Origin: a virus
Direction: 5' to 3' (one strand)
DNA length: 64,000 nucleotides
Virus record (IMG/VR): IMGVR_UViG_3300044616_001452
Made by a program: the position numbers and the translations under genes. Below are positions 1-9,340 of the stretch, one piece after another; position 1 is the stretch's first letter; every line of letters begins with the position of its first letter. The notes under the pieces are model-generated. The model worked only from the letters and a program-made list of their open reading frames with translations, ran no database searches and had not been told where the DNA came from.

Positions 1-495
1 TCTGTTCAAAAACAATATCATGAATTTGCTGCTACTCTTTTAAAAGATACAGGCATCAAGACTAAAATTATTAAGCAATATTTGCCAATAATGAATAAGT
101 TGATCAATAAGTATTTAACTGCAATGGACTTTTTTGTTAATTTTAATCTAAATGAAAACTTCGAAGAAACTATTAAGTCAAGGCATCGTGATGTTTTTTC
201 TTACGCTTCCTTTTCTGAGGGAGAAAAGATGCGAATTGACCTCGCTCTATTATTTACGTGGAGACAAATAGCAAAATTAAAAAATTCAACTAATACCAAT
301 TTGCTTATTCTAGATGAAGTTTTTGATTCTTCATTAGATGGTGTTGGCACAGAAGAATTTATGAAGCTTTTGAATACACTAGATAATAACACTAACGTTT
401 TTGTTATCTCACATAAGGGAGATCAACTGTTCGACAAGTTTAGATCCGTAATTAGATTTGAAAAGAAAAATAATTTTTCACAGGTGGTAAAATGA
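1..495 (+). CDS. gp46: Recombination endonuclease subunit gp46 (SbcC/Rad50-like), C-terminal part; 5' end truncated by the window
   Basis: Frame open from base 1; ABC signature FSEGEKMRIDLALLF, Walker B LLILDEVFDSSLD, H-loop VISH. Confidence 0.95.
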   Translation, partial: SVQKQYHEFAATLLKDTGIKTKIIKQYLPIMNKLINKYLTAMDFFVNFNLNENFEETIKSRHRDVFSYASFSEGEKMRIDLALLFTWRQIAKLKNSTNTNLLILDEVFDSSLDGVGTEEFMKLLNTLDNNTNVFVISHKGDQLFDKFRSVIRFEKKNNFSQVVK

Positions 496-1139
496 CTGAT
501 GTAATTAAAGAAAACGATGTTATCCGAATTAATACAGATCCATATAAAAATGAACCTTCCGTTTTACAAGAAAAGATTCGTATTTTCGATCTGGTGCCTG
601 AAGCCCATCCTGCTTTAAAAAAAGTTTTACCAGATTTTGATTTTAAAAAGCCACCAGTTGACCCTAATTTTTTCGCCAGTTCGTTGGTTGAAACCTGCAA
701 ACTTCATAATGGATTGGGGCTGTCAGCTAACCAATGCGGATTTGAATATCGAGTGTTTGTAATGGGTTCTGCTGACAACTATGTGGCATTTTTTAATCCT
801 AAAATTTTAAAGTCTTCCGAACAGCAAAGTAAAATGGAAGAAGGTTGCTTATCCTACAAAGGTTTGTTTTTGAACGTAGAAAGACCAGCAGAAATTGAGG
901 TAGAATACCAAGATTTTAATGGTATTTTAAGGCAAGCAAAGTTTACCGGTATGACTGCTAGATGTTTTCAACATGAACTTGACCATATGAACGGAATCAC
1001 GTATCATAGTCATGTAGGCACCGTATCAATACAACTTGCTCAGAAAAGACGAAGCAAGTATCTAAAACTATTATCCAAAACTTTGAAAGAAACAAATAAT
1101 GGAAACAATCGAAGCGGAAATTACAGAAACATTCGATAA
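492..1139 (+). CDS. def: Peptide deformylase
   Basis: Three PDF motifs: GLGLSANQCG, EGCLS, QHELDH. Confidence 0.95.
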   Translation: MTDVIKENDVIRINTDPYKNEPSVLQEKIRIFDLVPEAHPALKKVLPDFDFKKPPVDPNFFASSLVETCKLHNGLGLSANQCGFEYRVFVMGSADNYVAFFNPKILKSSEQQSKMEEGCLSYKGLFLNVERPAEIEVEYQDFNGILRQAKFTGMTARCFQHELDHMNGITYHSHVGTVSIQLAQKRRSKYLKLLSKTLKETNNGNNRSGNYRNIR

Positions 1140-2472
1140 AGAAAAATGGCCAGATTTTGTAAAAAAACAATGGGAAGATTGGAGTTCTAAAAACCCGTGT
1201 TCAAATTTTGAACACATTGATACAAATCAGCTAACAGAAATACTTACCAGTGACCTGTCATATGCGTCAAAAATGGACGTAAAAGAGTACACGTTATATC
1301 AAAAGTGGTGTGAAATTCAAGAGAAGTATCCTGTAAAAGAAACTACGTCAGTTTTTGGTGATGTAGAAAAGCATCTTGTAGATGCTTCTCAAGAGCAATA
1401 TATTAATTTTGTTAAAAATAACATTTGGATTCCAGAATCTCCTGACGATTTTATAAAACTTAAACCCGTCATGGAATACACCGATGATTCTGGTGAAGTT
1501 TTTGTTACTGCTGTTGATGGATCTAAAACAAAGAAAGACAAAAAAAGAACAAAAGATTTACCTGTAATTTGGAATACCGCAAGAACATTTATTTCCACCA
1601 TGAAAAACAATTCTAATATCGGAAGAAATTTGAACTTCATGGTAAAGGATGACGTAACAGGTAAATACTTGGGTGTTATTTGTATCTCATCCGACTTTCT
1701 TGATTTGACACCAAGAGATAAGTTTATTGGATGGGAACGTGAAAAGAAAACACAGGGTGGTATGATCAATTATACTGCTATTGGTTCTTCGATAGTACCA
1801 TTTCAGCCTCTAGGGTTTAATTACATGGGTGGCAAATTGCTTGCCCTTCTATGTCTCTCTGATGATGTACAGAGAATTTGGAAAGAAAAATATGGTAATA
1901 CTTTGGTCGGAGTGACCACAACTTCACTTTACGGAAATACAAAAGCAAACGGATTGAGTCAATATGATGGGCTGGAATATTGGCAGAAAATGGGTTTTTC
2001 TTCAGGTTCAGTAGCATTTGAACCGAGGAAAAATACACTTCAAATGCTTTGGAACTGGTTGAAAGAAAACCATACTGAAAAATATTTTGAATGGTGGGAA
2101 GCTAAGAACGCACAAGGTTTGCCGTTTAAGCGTGATCACAAGAATCGTTCTTTGCATTTTGCATATCCTAAATTTGGTATTCCAAAAGAACTTACGAAAA
2201 CAGACCATCAAAGAGGAATTTATTTTTCACCTCTGTATAATAACACCTGTGAATTTCTGCGTGGTGAAATAACTGAGGATAAACTTGTTAAATCTTTTGA
2301 TACAAGCTGCGAAGCATTATCGGAAATCTGGAAAACTAAGTATGCAAAACCCAGGATTTCTATGCTGAAGAAGAAAAATAATGTTTCCAAAGAATCTCTT
2401 TTCTATGATGATTTGATCTATCTTACATGGGAAGAAGCTAAACAAAAATATTTGCCTCAGGTTGGTCGGTAA
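1099..2472 (+). CDS. DUF4338 / Druantia DruA-like protein
   Basis: GRNLNFMV..D..TGKYLGVI, L..RDKFIGW, P.G.NY.GGKLLALL and TTSLYG...QY motifs recalled as typical of DUF4338. Confidence 0.65.
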   Translation: METIEAEITETFDKEKWPDFVKKQWEDWSSKNPCSNFEHIDTNQLTEILTSDLSYASKMDVKEYTLYQKWCEIQEKYPVKETTSVFGDVEKHLVDASQEQYINFVKNNIWIPESPDDFIKLKPVMEYTDDSGEVFVTAVDGSKTKKDKKRTKDLPVIWNTARTFISTMKNNSNIGRNLNFMVKDDVTGKYLGVICISSDFLDLTPRDKFIGWEREKKTQGGMINYTAIGSSIVPFQPLGFNYMGGKLLALLCLSDDVQRIWKEKYGNTLVGVTTTSLYGNTKANGLSQYDGLEYWQKMGFSSGSVAFEPRKNTLQMLWNWLKENHTEKYFEWWEAKNAQGLPFKRDHKNRSLHFAYPKFGIPKELTKTDHQRGIYFSPLYNNTCEFLRGEITEDKLVKSFDTSCEALSEIWKTKYAKPRISMLKKKNNVSKESLFYDDLIYLTWEEAKQKYLPQVGR

Positions 2473-2498
2473 TAATCAATGTTTACCTCACAAACCCA

Positions 2499-2527
2499 TT
2501 GACAAATATACTACATAGTAGTATGAT
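2499..2527 (+). promoter_or_regulatory. Sigma70-type promoter with overlapping palindrome (candidate operator)
   Basis: TTGACA-17-TATGAT; ATACTAC-ata-GTAGTAT inverted repeat at 2508-2524. Confidence 0.75.
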
Positions 2528-2581
2528 GTGCGTACTCGTTTGATCGAGTTTTATTTTTATTTTTTGATATAGGAGTTAGTT

Positions 2582-2854
2582 ATGAGTAAAACCAGTGCAA
2601 AAGAACGTATGCTTAATACTTTGAAACAGACTAAAGGATATAATACCTTTAGTGTTGCACAAGCTCGTGTTCGGTTTGGTGTTAAAAATGTTGCTGCTCG
2701 AATCCATGAACTCCGTAAGGAAGGGTATGCAATTTATACCAACACTCGGATTCGTGGTAATGGTACTAAAGTATCCGTTTATCGCCTAGGAAAACCTTCA
2801 AAATCTATGAAGGCTCAGTTCCGTTCTATGGGTGTACGCGCACAAACCGCTTAA
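2582..2854 (+). CDS. Small winged-HTH DNA-binding protein
   Basis: AGGAG RBS; basic; ARVRFGVKNVAARIHELRKEGYAI helix-turn-helix followed by a beta wing. Confidence 0.7.
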   Translation: MSKTSAKERMLNTLKQTKGYNTFSVAQARVRFGVKNVAARIHELRKEGYAIYTNTRIRGNGTKVSVYRLGKPSKSMKAQFRSMGVRAQTA

Positions 2855-2868
2855 TAATGGTTTGATAC

Positions 2869-2904
2869 AGGAGAGGTCATTAATTTGGTGACCTCTCCTT
2901 TTTT
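2869..2904 (+). terminator. Rho-independent terminator
   Basis: AGGAGAGGTCA/TGACCTCTCCT stem followed by a T run. Confidence 0.85.
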
Positions 2905-2918
2905 ATTTTGGAGTGCAA

Positions 2919-3737
2919 ATGGAAATTCAAATAAAAACAGATGAACTTAGAAAGAAAAGTCTATTTGTTGCTACACCCATGTATGGTGGTATGAACCATG
3001 GTTTGTATATGAAAGCATGCCTTGATCTTCAAGGTATGTGTATTCAATACGGTATCAATGTTAAATTTTCCTTCTTATTTAATGAATCACTAATTACTAG
3101 GGCGAGAAATTATCTTGTAGATGAATTCTACAATCGTTCAGAATGCACACATCTACTTTTCATCGATTCGGATATCTGTTTTAATCCGCAAGATGTTATT
3201 GCCATGTTGGCTCTAGACAAAGATGTTATTGGCGGACCTTATCCTAAAAAAGCGATTAAGTGGAAAAGCGTTCAAAAGGCTGCGCTTCTTCATCCAGAAA
3301 TTGCACCACACGACCTAGAAAAGGTTGCTGGTGATTTTGTATTTAATCCTGTTAAAGGTACTGCACAATTTCAAGTTTCTGAGCCACTAGAAGTTATGGA
3401 AATTGGAACAGGTTTCATGTTAATTAACCGTGAAGTCTTTCCGAAAATGGAAGAAGCATATCCTCAGCTTCGTTATAAACCAGATCATGTTGGGCAACAA
3501 CATTTTGACGGTTCACGTTACATTCATGCTTTCTTCGATACTATTATTGACACAAAAGATTCTGCAACTGGTGGCGGTTCAGATCGTTATCTGTCAGAAG
3601 ATTATATGTTTTGTCAACTTTGGAGAAAAATTGGTGGAAAAATTTGGTTGTGCCCATGGATGAGAACACAACATATCGGAACTTATCACTTTCATGGTGA
3701 TATGCCTGCTGTAGCAAGTTTTGTTGGTGAAATGTAA
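2919..3737 (+). CDS. Glycosyltransferase-like protein (GT-A fold)
   Basis: ATPMYGG, ESLITRARN, LLFIDSD (DxD), GTGFMLI, YLSEDY.FC. Confidence 0.7.
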   Translation: MEIQIKTDELRKKSLFVATPMYGGMNHGLYMKACLDLQGMCIQYGINVKFSFLFNESLITRARNYLVDEFYNRSECTHLLFIDSDICFNPQDVIAMLALDKDVIGGPYPKKAIKWKSVQKAALLHPEIAPHDLEKVAGDFVFNPVKGTAQFQVSEPLEVMEIGTGFMLINREVFPKMEEAYPQLRYKPDHVGQQHFDGSRYIHAFFDTIIDTKDSATGGGSDRYLSEDYMFCQLWRKIGGKIWLCPWMRTQHIGTYHFHGDMPAVASFVGEM

Positions 3738-4411
3738 TGATCGTTGGTGTAGTAGGGTTCATCGGTTCCGGAAAAGGAACCGTTGGTGATTTTCTAAAAA
3801 CTGAATTTGGATTTCACTCATTAAGCTTTGCTTCACACTTAAAAGACGTTGCTTCAGTCCTCTTCGGTTGGGAAAGGAATCTTTTGGAGGGTGATACAGA
3901 AGAATCTAGAAAATTCAGAGAAAGACCGGACGGTTTTTGGTCTAAAAAAATCGGTGAACACTTTACACCACGATTAGCACTTCAACTACTTGGTACAGAA
4001 GCAGGAAGAAAAGTCTTTCATGAAGACTTTTGGGTTTATGCATTAGAAAATAAAATCAATAACTTAGGAGCAAATCAAAATGTGGTGGTAACCGACGTTA
4101 GATTTAAAAATGAAATTGAATGGATAAAAAGCAAAGAAGGTATTCTAATTGAAGTTAGAAGAGGTTCAAGACCTTCTTGGTTTCATATTGCAGCCGATGC
4201 CAATAAACACGGTGGTTCTGTTTTTTCGGAAAAATTTATGTTGGAAAAATCTGGTGTTCATGAATCAGAATGGAGATGGATTGGAAGTGGAATAGATTAC
4301 ATTATTGATAATATTGGCACACTGGAAAACTTGAAAGAAAGAGTCACTGAATGCTTGAAAAGTTATTACGGAAGTAATATAATTGAATCCCTTAGACAAA
4401 GGAGTTTGTAA
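3737..4411 (+). CDS. gp1: Deoxynucleoside monophosphate kinase
   Basis: P-loop GFIGSGKGT, SFA..LKD, TPR.ALQ.LGTE.GR, VTDVRF.NE, H.SE. Confidence 0.9.
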   Translation: MIVGVVGFIGSGKGTVGDFLKTEFGFHSLSFASHLKDVASVLFGWERNLLEGDTEESRKFRERPDGFWSKKIGEHFTPRLALQLLGTEAGRKVFHEDFWVYALENKINNLGANQNVVVTDVRFKNEIEWIKSKEGILIEVRRGSRPSWFHIAADANKHGGSVFSEKFMLEKSGVHESEWRWIGSGIDYIIDNIGTLENLKERVTECLKSYYGSNIIESLRQRSL

Positions 4412-5091
4412 TGAAGTTGACAAATAATACCATGAATGTATTGAAGAATTTTTCTACAATTAATCAAAACATTTATGTTAAACCTGGTAATGTTATTGAA
4501 ACTGTTTCAAAGCAGAAAAATATTTTGGCTAAAGCAACAGTGGAAGAAAACTTTCCACAAGAGTTCGGCATTTACGATCTAAACAATTTTTTGGGCGTTC
4601 TATCCCTTTCTAAAGGTACTTTACCTGAACTTGATTTTGAAGATCAAAAAATTATTATCCGCAATCGAGTAGGCAAAAGTAGCACGACATATCATCAATC
4701 TAAAAAGGAACTTTTACTTCTTGCACCTGAGAAAAAGGTCAGCATGGAAAATGCTGAAATTATTTTCACCATCACAGAAGAGGATCTTGATTGGTGTTTG
4801 AAAGCTGCATCTGCACTTAACTCAACGAATATCGCTTTTGTTTCTGATGGTGTAAATGTCACGGTTGATGTTTTTAATGTAAAAGATGATTCATCTAACG
4901 TAAATACAACAACTATTGCAGAAGGTGATGGCAAAACTTTTAAAATGATTTTTGCTATAGAAAATTTTAAGTTTATTCTTGGTTCATACGATGTTACAAT
5001 TCATTCTCGTGGAATTGGGCACTTTAAAAACAAGTCTGTACCAATTGAATATTGGGTCACCACTGAACCTGGTTCTACTTACGGAGCTTAA
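4411..5091 (+). CDS. gp45: Sliding clamp
   Basis: MKL...T..VLKNFSTINQ N-terminus, FGIYDLNNFL, C-terminal YWV..E; T4-like synteny. Confidence 0.93.
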   Translation: MKLTNNTMNVLKNFSTINQNIYVKPGNVIETVSKQKNILAKATVEENFPQEFGIYDLNNFLGVLSLSKGTLPELDFEDQKIIIRNRVGKSSTTYHQSKKELLLLAPEKKVSMENAEIIFTITEEDLDWCLKAASALNSTNIAFVSDGVNVTVDVFNVKDDSSNVNTTTIAEGDGKTFKMIFAIENFKFILGSYDVTIHSRGIGHFKNKSVPIEYWVTTEPGSTYGA

Positions 5092-5369
5092 TGATGACTG
5101 ATATTGTTACACAATATGGTACTTTTAAAGAAGAAGATTTGAAATCGATCAAAGAAGCTTTGAATGAAATTTCAAATGAGCTTGACATTATCTCTCAGCA
5201 TAAAGATGCAATCAAAGATGTTATCAATGCAGTCTTTGATAATTATAAAATCCCTAAAAAAGTAATTCGCCGTTTGGCAAAAGCACATCATAAAAATTCT
5301 TTTCAGGAAGAACTTGCGCATGATAGTGAATTTGAGACCCTCTATATCGGGCTTACGGAGGCAAAATGA
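5091..5369 (+). CDS. dsDNA-binding protein, T4 DsbA-like
   Basis: Size and pattern IKD......Y.IPKKVIRRLAKAHHK..F.EE....EFETLY resemble T4 DsbA. Confidence 0.6.
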   Translation: MMTDIVTQYGTFKEEDLKSIKEALNEISNELDIISQHKDAIKDVINAVFDNYKIPKKVIRRLAKAHHKNSFQEELAHDSEFETLYIGLTEAK

Positions 5370-5698
5370 ATGAAGAACGTAGAGGGTTTACTAAAGGTTT
5401 AGGTCTAGCAGGATTTGTTGCAGTTGGAATTGCTGGTTATAAAGAAGCAAAAGAAAGGATTGTTTATAAACAGGATGAAATTCCAACACCTGAGTTAGAA
5501 AAACAATTAGAAACAAAACCCGTTCTACAATTGTCCGCTACTTACGGAGAAGAAATGCCTCCTTCATCTGACTTATACGTATTCTCATTTGGTCCAAATT
5601 ACAAACCTGGAACAGAAAACCATGTAAATGTTAAAATTGTTCCTGGTCCCGATGGCAAACTATACGTAAAAGAAAACGATAGTTGGAGAAAAATATGA
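5366..5698 (+). CDS. Hypothetical protein with a twin-arginine-like N-terminal signal
   Basis: ERRGFTKGLGLAGFVAVG; GGAGG RBS; ATGA overlap. Confidence 0.6.
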   Translation: MNEERRGFTKGLGLAGFVAVGIAGYKEAKERIVYKQDEIPTPELEKQLETKPVLQLSATYGEEMPPSSDLYVFSFGPNYKPGTENHVNVKIVPGPDGKLYVKENDSWRKI

Positions 5699-6438
5699 AT
5701 GTAGCAATGATTGCTTCCGGGCAACCTCGATACAAAAAATATATTTTCGACAATTATTATAAAATAAAAGACGCAACTAGCATAGAACTTTATTTCTATA
5801 TGTGGAGTAATTATTACTTAGAAAACGATGATAAAAATATTTTTGAAGGTGGAGGTTCGGTTGAGGAACAAATAATTAAGGGGCTACCTAAACACTGCAT
5901 CATAAAAAAATTCATAACTGAAAATGAACCTTCTATTGAAAAATTATTTAATAATGAACTAGAAATATTAGTAGAAAAAACTCTTGGAGCAAATCATATA
6001 TTTGAGCCTGATAGAATGAGAACCAGTCTTATTGATCTATATTATCAAAGATATTCAGCAATGAAAGCTTTTGAATTACTTGACAAAGAATATGATTGTG
6101 TTATAAGATATAGACCCGATTGTTACCTCGCTGATGATGTTTACTTAAAGGAAGTAGATTTAGATAAAGGAATTTATGTTCCTAGGAACATGGGAGGAGG
6201 AGGTATGAACGATCAATTTGCAATCGGAAATATGAAAAATATGAAGGTATATTTTGATGCGTTCAACAGTTTATTTGTCGATCAAATGGAAAATAAAGAG
6301 TTGGTTCAACAGGAAACTTCTTTAAAATATCATCTATCAAAAAATAATATTAATATTCATGGACTACCTAATAATGCACGATATTTTATGGTAAGAATAG
6401 AAAAAGGAGATGGTGGAAAAAAACTTCAAAGAATTTAA
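5695..6438 (+). CDS. Putative glycosyltransferase-like protein (GQPR family, paralog 1)
   Basis: VAMIASGQPR, YDCVIRYRPD, NDQFAIG; ATGA overlap at 5695. Confidence 0.6.
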   Translation: MNVAMIASGQPRYKKYIFDNYYKIKDATSIELYFYMWSNYYLENDDKNIFEGGGSVEEQIIKGLPKHCIIKKFITENEPSIEKLFNNELEILVEKTLGANHIFEPDRMRTSLIDLYYQRYSAMKAFELLDKEYDCVIRYRPDCYLADDVYLKEVDLDKGIYVPRNMGGGGMNDQFAIGNMKNMKVYFDAFNSLFVDQMENKELVQQETSLKYHLSKNNINIHGLPNNARYFMVRIEKGDGGKKLQRI

Positions 6439-6469
6439 AGTATTTCATTTTACATTATGGAGATTGTGA

Positions 6470-7411
6470 TTGGAAAATAAACAAATTTTATGGGTAGAAA
6501 AATATCGCCCGAATAAAGTTGAAGACTGTATACTTCCCGAAAACATCAAAACTATATTTCAAGAATATGTCAACAGAAAAGAAATCCCAAATTTGTTACT
6601 TGCTGGATCCGCAGGCGTTGGTAAAACAACAATCGCTAAAGCCCTCTGCGAAGAAATTGGCTGTGATTACATCATCATCAATGGGTCAGATGAAAGCGGC
6701 ATTGACACATTCCGCACCAAGATCAAAAACTATGCATCAGCAATGAGTTTTTCTGGTGACCGGAGGGTCATCATCATTGATGAAGCAGACTATCTAAATC
6801 CCAATTCTACACAGCCCGCCCTACGTGGTGCCATTGAAGAGTTTTCAATTAATTGTTCTTTTATTTTCACTTGTAATTTTAAGAATAGGATTATTGAACC
6901 TCTTCATTCACGTTGTTCCGTTATTGAATTTAAACTTCAAAATGGGCAAAAGGCTAAGATGGCGGCTCAGTTCTTTAAACGTGTTGAATGGATCTTAAAA
7001 CAAGAAAACATTCCATATGAAAAAGATGTTGTTGCAGCCGTCATTACAAAATACTTTCCTGATAACCGACGCATTCTAAATGAATTACAACGATATTCAG
7101 TTTCAGGAGCAATCGATAAAGGTATTTTGTCAAATGTTTCAGACGTAAACATTGCAACGCTTATCAAATCCATTAAAGAAAAAGATTTTGGATCAGCAAG
7201 AAAATGGGTCACTTCGAATCTTGACAATGATGCAGCAACCATAATCAGAAAAATATATGATTCGATGTATGAATATTTAACTCCTGACAGCATTCCACCT
7301 GCTGTTTTAATTTTGTCAAAATACCAATATCAATCTGCATTCGTGGCGGATCAGGAAATTAACTTAATGGCCTGTTTGACCGAATTTATGGTTGAATGTT
7401 CCTTTAAGTGA
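6470..7411 (+). CDS. gp44: Clamp loader large subunit
   Basis: LWVEKYRP, Walker A GSAGVGKTT, IIIDEAD, SRC; TTG start after GGAG. Confidence 0.96.
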   Translation: MENKQILWVEKYRPNKVEDCILPENIKTIFQEYVNRKEIPNLLLAGSAGVGKTTIAKALCEEIGCDYIIINGSDESGIDTFRTKIKNYASAMSFSGDRRVIIIDEADYLNPNSTQPALRGAIEEFSINCSFIFTCNFKNRIIEPLHSRCSVIEFKLQNGQKAKMAAQFFKRVEWILKQENIPYEKDVVAAVITKYFPDNRRILNELQRYSVSGAIDKGILSNVSDVNIATLIKSIKEKDFGSARKWVTSNLDNDAATIIRKIYDSMYEYLTPDSIPPAVLILSKYQYQSAFVADQEINLMACLTEFMVECSFK

Positions 7412-7419
7412 GAAGGAAC

Positions 7420-7833
7420 ATGTTTCAAACGAAAATATATGATTTATTTGGTGATGAAATTCTTTTGAATAGTAAAAGCTGTGTTTATTGTGGAATACAG
7501 AAAAAAATAATAGAGTTTCCTAAACATATTCATCGAAATGATGGATACGATTCTAGATGCAAAGAATGCAAAAATAAAAGAGGAAAACTTGTAGATCAAA
7601 TAAGAAAAAATTCTCCACCAAAACCTGAAATATGTGATTGTTGTGGAAAAAAACCTAAGGAAGGCAATGGTAGAAGAAAAATTGGATTAGCACTTGATCA
7701 TTGCCCTAAAACTAATACCTTTAGAGGTTGGCTTTGTTTTGATTGTAATCTTGGGATTGGTTTATTAGGTGACGATACTCAAGGATTAAAAAGAGCTTTA
7801 GACTATTTGGTGAAACATGACCGACCTATTTAA
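7420..7833 (+). CDS. Endonuclease VII-like (His-Me finger) free-standing homing endonuclease
   Basis: CxxC zinc motifs and LALDHCP.T..FRGWLCFDCNLGIG.LGD; inserted between gp44 and gp62. Confidence 0.8.
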   Translation: MFQTKIYDLFGDEILLNSKSCVYCGIQKKIIEFPKHIHRNDGYDSRCKECKNKRGKLVDQIRKNSPPKPEICDCCGKKPKEGNGRRKIGLALDHCPKTNTFRGWLCFDCNLGIGLLGDDTQGLKRALDYLVKHDRPI

Positions 7834-8197
7834 AGAAATCTTACCAAGCATTCTTCAAACGAAGAAAGACGTTCTAGAAAATGAATCTGATTATAAACCT
7901 TTTATCATAAATCGCTCACTCTCATATCATATGGATTGTATTTTATATGCAAATCAAATGAATATGTGTGGAAATTTACCTCCAAAACTACAATACCAAT
8001 ATTTTCTAAATACCGTAAGACCAATGAAACGTAAGTTTCAGTCTTGGCAAAAGCAAGAGACCATCAAAAATTTAGATTGCGTTAAAGAATATTTTGGTTA
8101 TTCAAATGAAAAAGCCAAAGAGGCCTTGCGTATTCTAACCGATGAACATATCGCTTTCATAAAAGAACAATTAGAAAAAGGTGGAGTGAAAAAATAA
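7817..8197 (+). CDS. gp62: Clamp loader small subunit
   Basis: Y.PFIINRSLS, YFGYSNEKAKEALRIL, C-terminal KGG; synteny. Confidence 0.92.
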   Translation: MTDLFKEILPSILQTKKDVLENESDYKPFIINRSLSYHMDCILYANQMNMCGNLPPKLQYQYFLNTVRPMKRKFQSWQKQETIKNLDCVKEYFGYSNEKAKEALRILTDEHIAFIKEQLEKGGVKK

Positions 8198-8607
8198 TGG
8201 TAAAAATAGAAAACATGGTAGAGGTGACTCTAAAGGAAAAAGATGACTTTTTAAAAGTTCGTGAAACTTTAACGCGAATCGGTGTCGCTTCCAAAAAAGA
8301 AAAAGTTCTTTACCAGTCTTGTCACATTCTACATAAGCAAGGCAGATACTACATCGTACACTTTAAAGAACTTTTTGCATTAGATGGTAAAAATACAGAC
8401 TTTTCCGAGAACGATATTGCAAGAAGAAATACAATTGCAAAATTGTTGGAGGACTGGGAACTGTTAAAAATTGTTGATAAGAATATGGTTGAAGACCCCA
8501 TAGTTTCTTTATCTCAAATTAAAATTCTTTCGCATAAAGAAAAAGAAGATTGGCAATTAATTACCAAATATAATATTGGTAAAAAAGCACAGAACGTGAA
8601 TAAATAA
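8197..8607 (+). CDS. regA: Translational repressor RegA
   Basis: DDFLKVRETLTRIG, LYQSCHILHKQGRYYIVHFKELF. Confidence 0.97.
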   Translation: MVKIENMVEVTLKEKDDFLKVRETLTRIGVASKKEKVLYQSCHILHKQGRYYIVHFKELFALDGKNTDFSENDIARRNTIAKLLEDWELLKIVDKNMVEDPIVSLSQIKILSHKEKEDWQLITKYNIGKKAQNVNK

Positions 8608-8628
8608 CCATATCCCAATCGGGATGGG

Positions 8629-8722
8629 CTAGCCTACCGAGGTTAAGGCTAGTAAAATAAACCTCGGACCAACGCCTTATGGGTTGGTATTTTATTAACT
8701 CGCTTATTTTAAGGAGAAAAGC
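8629..8722 (+). promoter_or_regulatory. Structured 5' leader of hsp20: H-type pseudoknot, hairpin and ROSE-like RNA thermometer
   Basis: CTAGCCT/AGGCTAG stem whose loop CCGAGGTT pairs with AACCTCGG; ACCAAC/GTTGGT hairpin; CTCGCTT pairs with the SD AAGGAG with a bulged G. Confidence 0.65.
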
Positions 8723-9166
8723 ATGACTCTTCACTACGGCAAATCTTTGCTGCCTGCAACTGTTGGTTTCGAACGTCTTCTTAGCACATTTGAAGAATTT
8801 GATAGGGCGGTCAAACCACAAACCTACCCTCCATACAATTTAGTAAAAACAAGTGATACCAATTGGACTATTGAAATCGCTATTGCGGGGTTTACCCGAG
8901 ATGAAATTGATATTACTCTTGACGATGGTAAACTTTTGGTCACAGGTAAAAGTGCCGATAAAGATACTACTCGTGAATTTATCCACTATGGTATTGCAAA
9001 GCGGGACTTCAATCATCGATTTATTTTGGCACAAACGGTACAGGTAAAATCTGCTAATATTGTCGATGGGCTTCTTATAATTGAACTGGAAAATATTATT
9101 CCAGAAGAAAGAAAGCCAAAGAAAATTCAAATTGGTAGCAAAAATACAACACTCTTGACAGAATAG
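8723..9166 (+). CDS. hsp20: Small heat-shock protein (Hsp20/IbpA family)
   Basis: YPPYNL, IEIAIAGF, GIAKRDF...F.LA, A.IVDGLL.I.L. Confidence 0.95.
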   Translation: MTLHYGKSLLPATVGFERLLSTFEEFDRAVKPQTYPPYNLVKTSDTNWTIEIAIAGFTRDEIDITLDDGKLLVTGKSADKDTTREFIHYGIAKRDFNHRFILAQTVQVKSANIVDGLLIIELENIIPEERKPKKIQIGSKNTTLLTE

Positions 9167-9183
9167 TCATTTTCGAGTATAAT
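9135..9183 (+). promoter_or_regulatory. Sigma70-type promoter with upstream GTAG-N8-CAAC box
   Basis: GTAGcaaaaataCAAC at 9135-9150; TTGACA-17-TATAAT at 9155-9183. Confidence 0.8.
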
Positions 9184-9208
9184 TTTATTATGGATGCGGT
9201 GAGTTAAC

Positions 9209-9340
9209 ATGGAAACATACTTGACAATGACAACTTTTACTGCCTTTGCTTTGGGTGCCTTTCTTGGTGCACTAGTTGGAAGGTTGGTAACATTTTGTCT
9301 CATGTCAGTATGTTTCCTTTTCTTATTGTTTAAGCTATGA
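9209..9340 (+). CDS. Small hydrophobic membrane protein (43 aa)
   Basis: METYLTMTTFTAFALGAFLGALVGRLVTFCLMSVCFLFLLFKL; lies directly after a promoter; ATGA overlap with the next gene. Confidence 0.6.
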   Translation: METYLTMTTFTAFALGAFLGALVGRLVTFCLMSVCFLFLLFKL

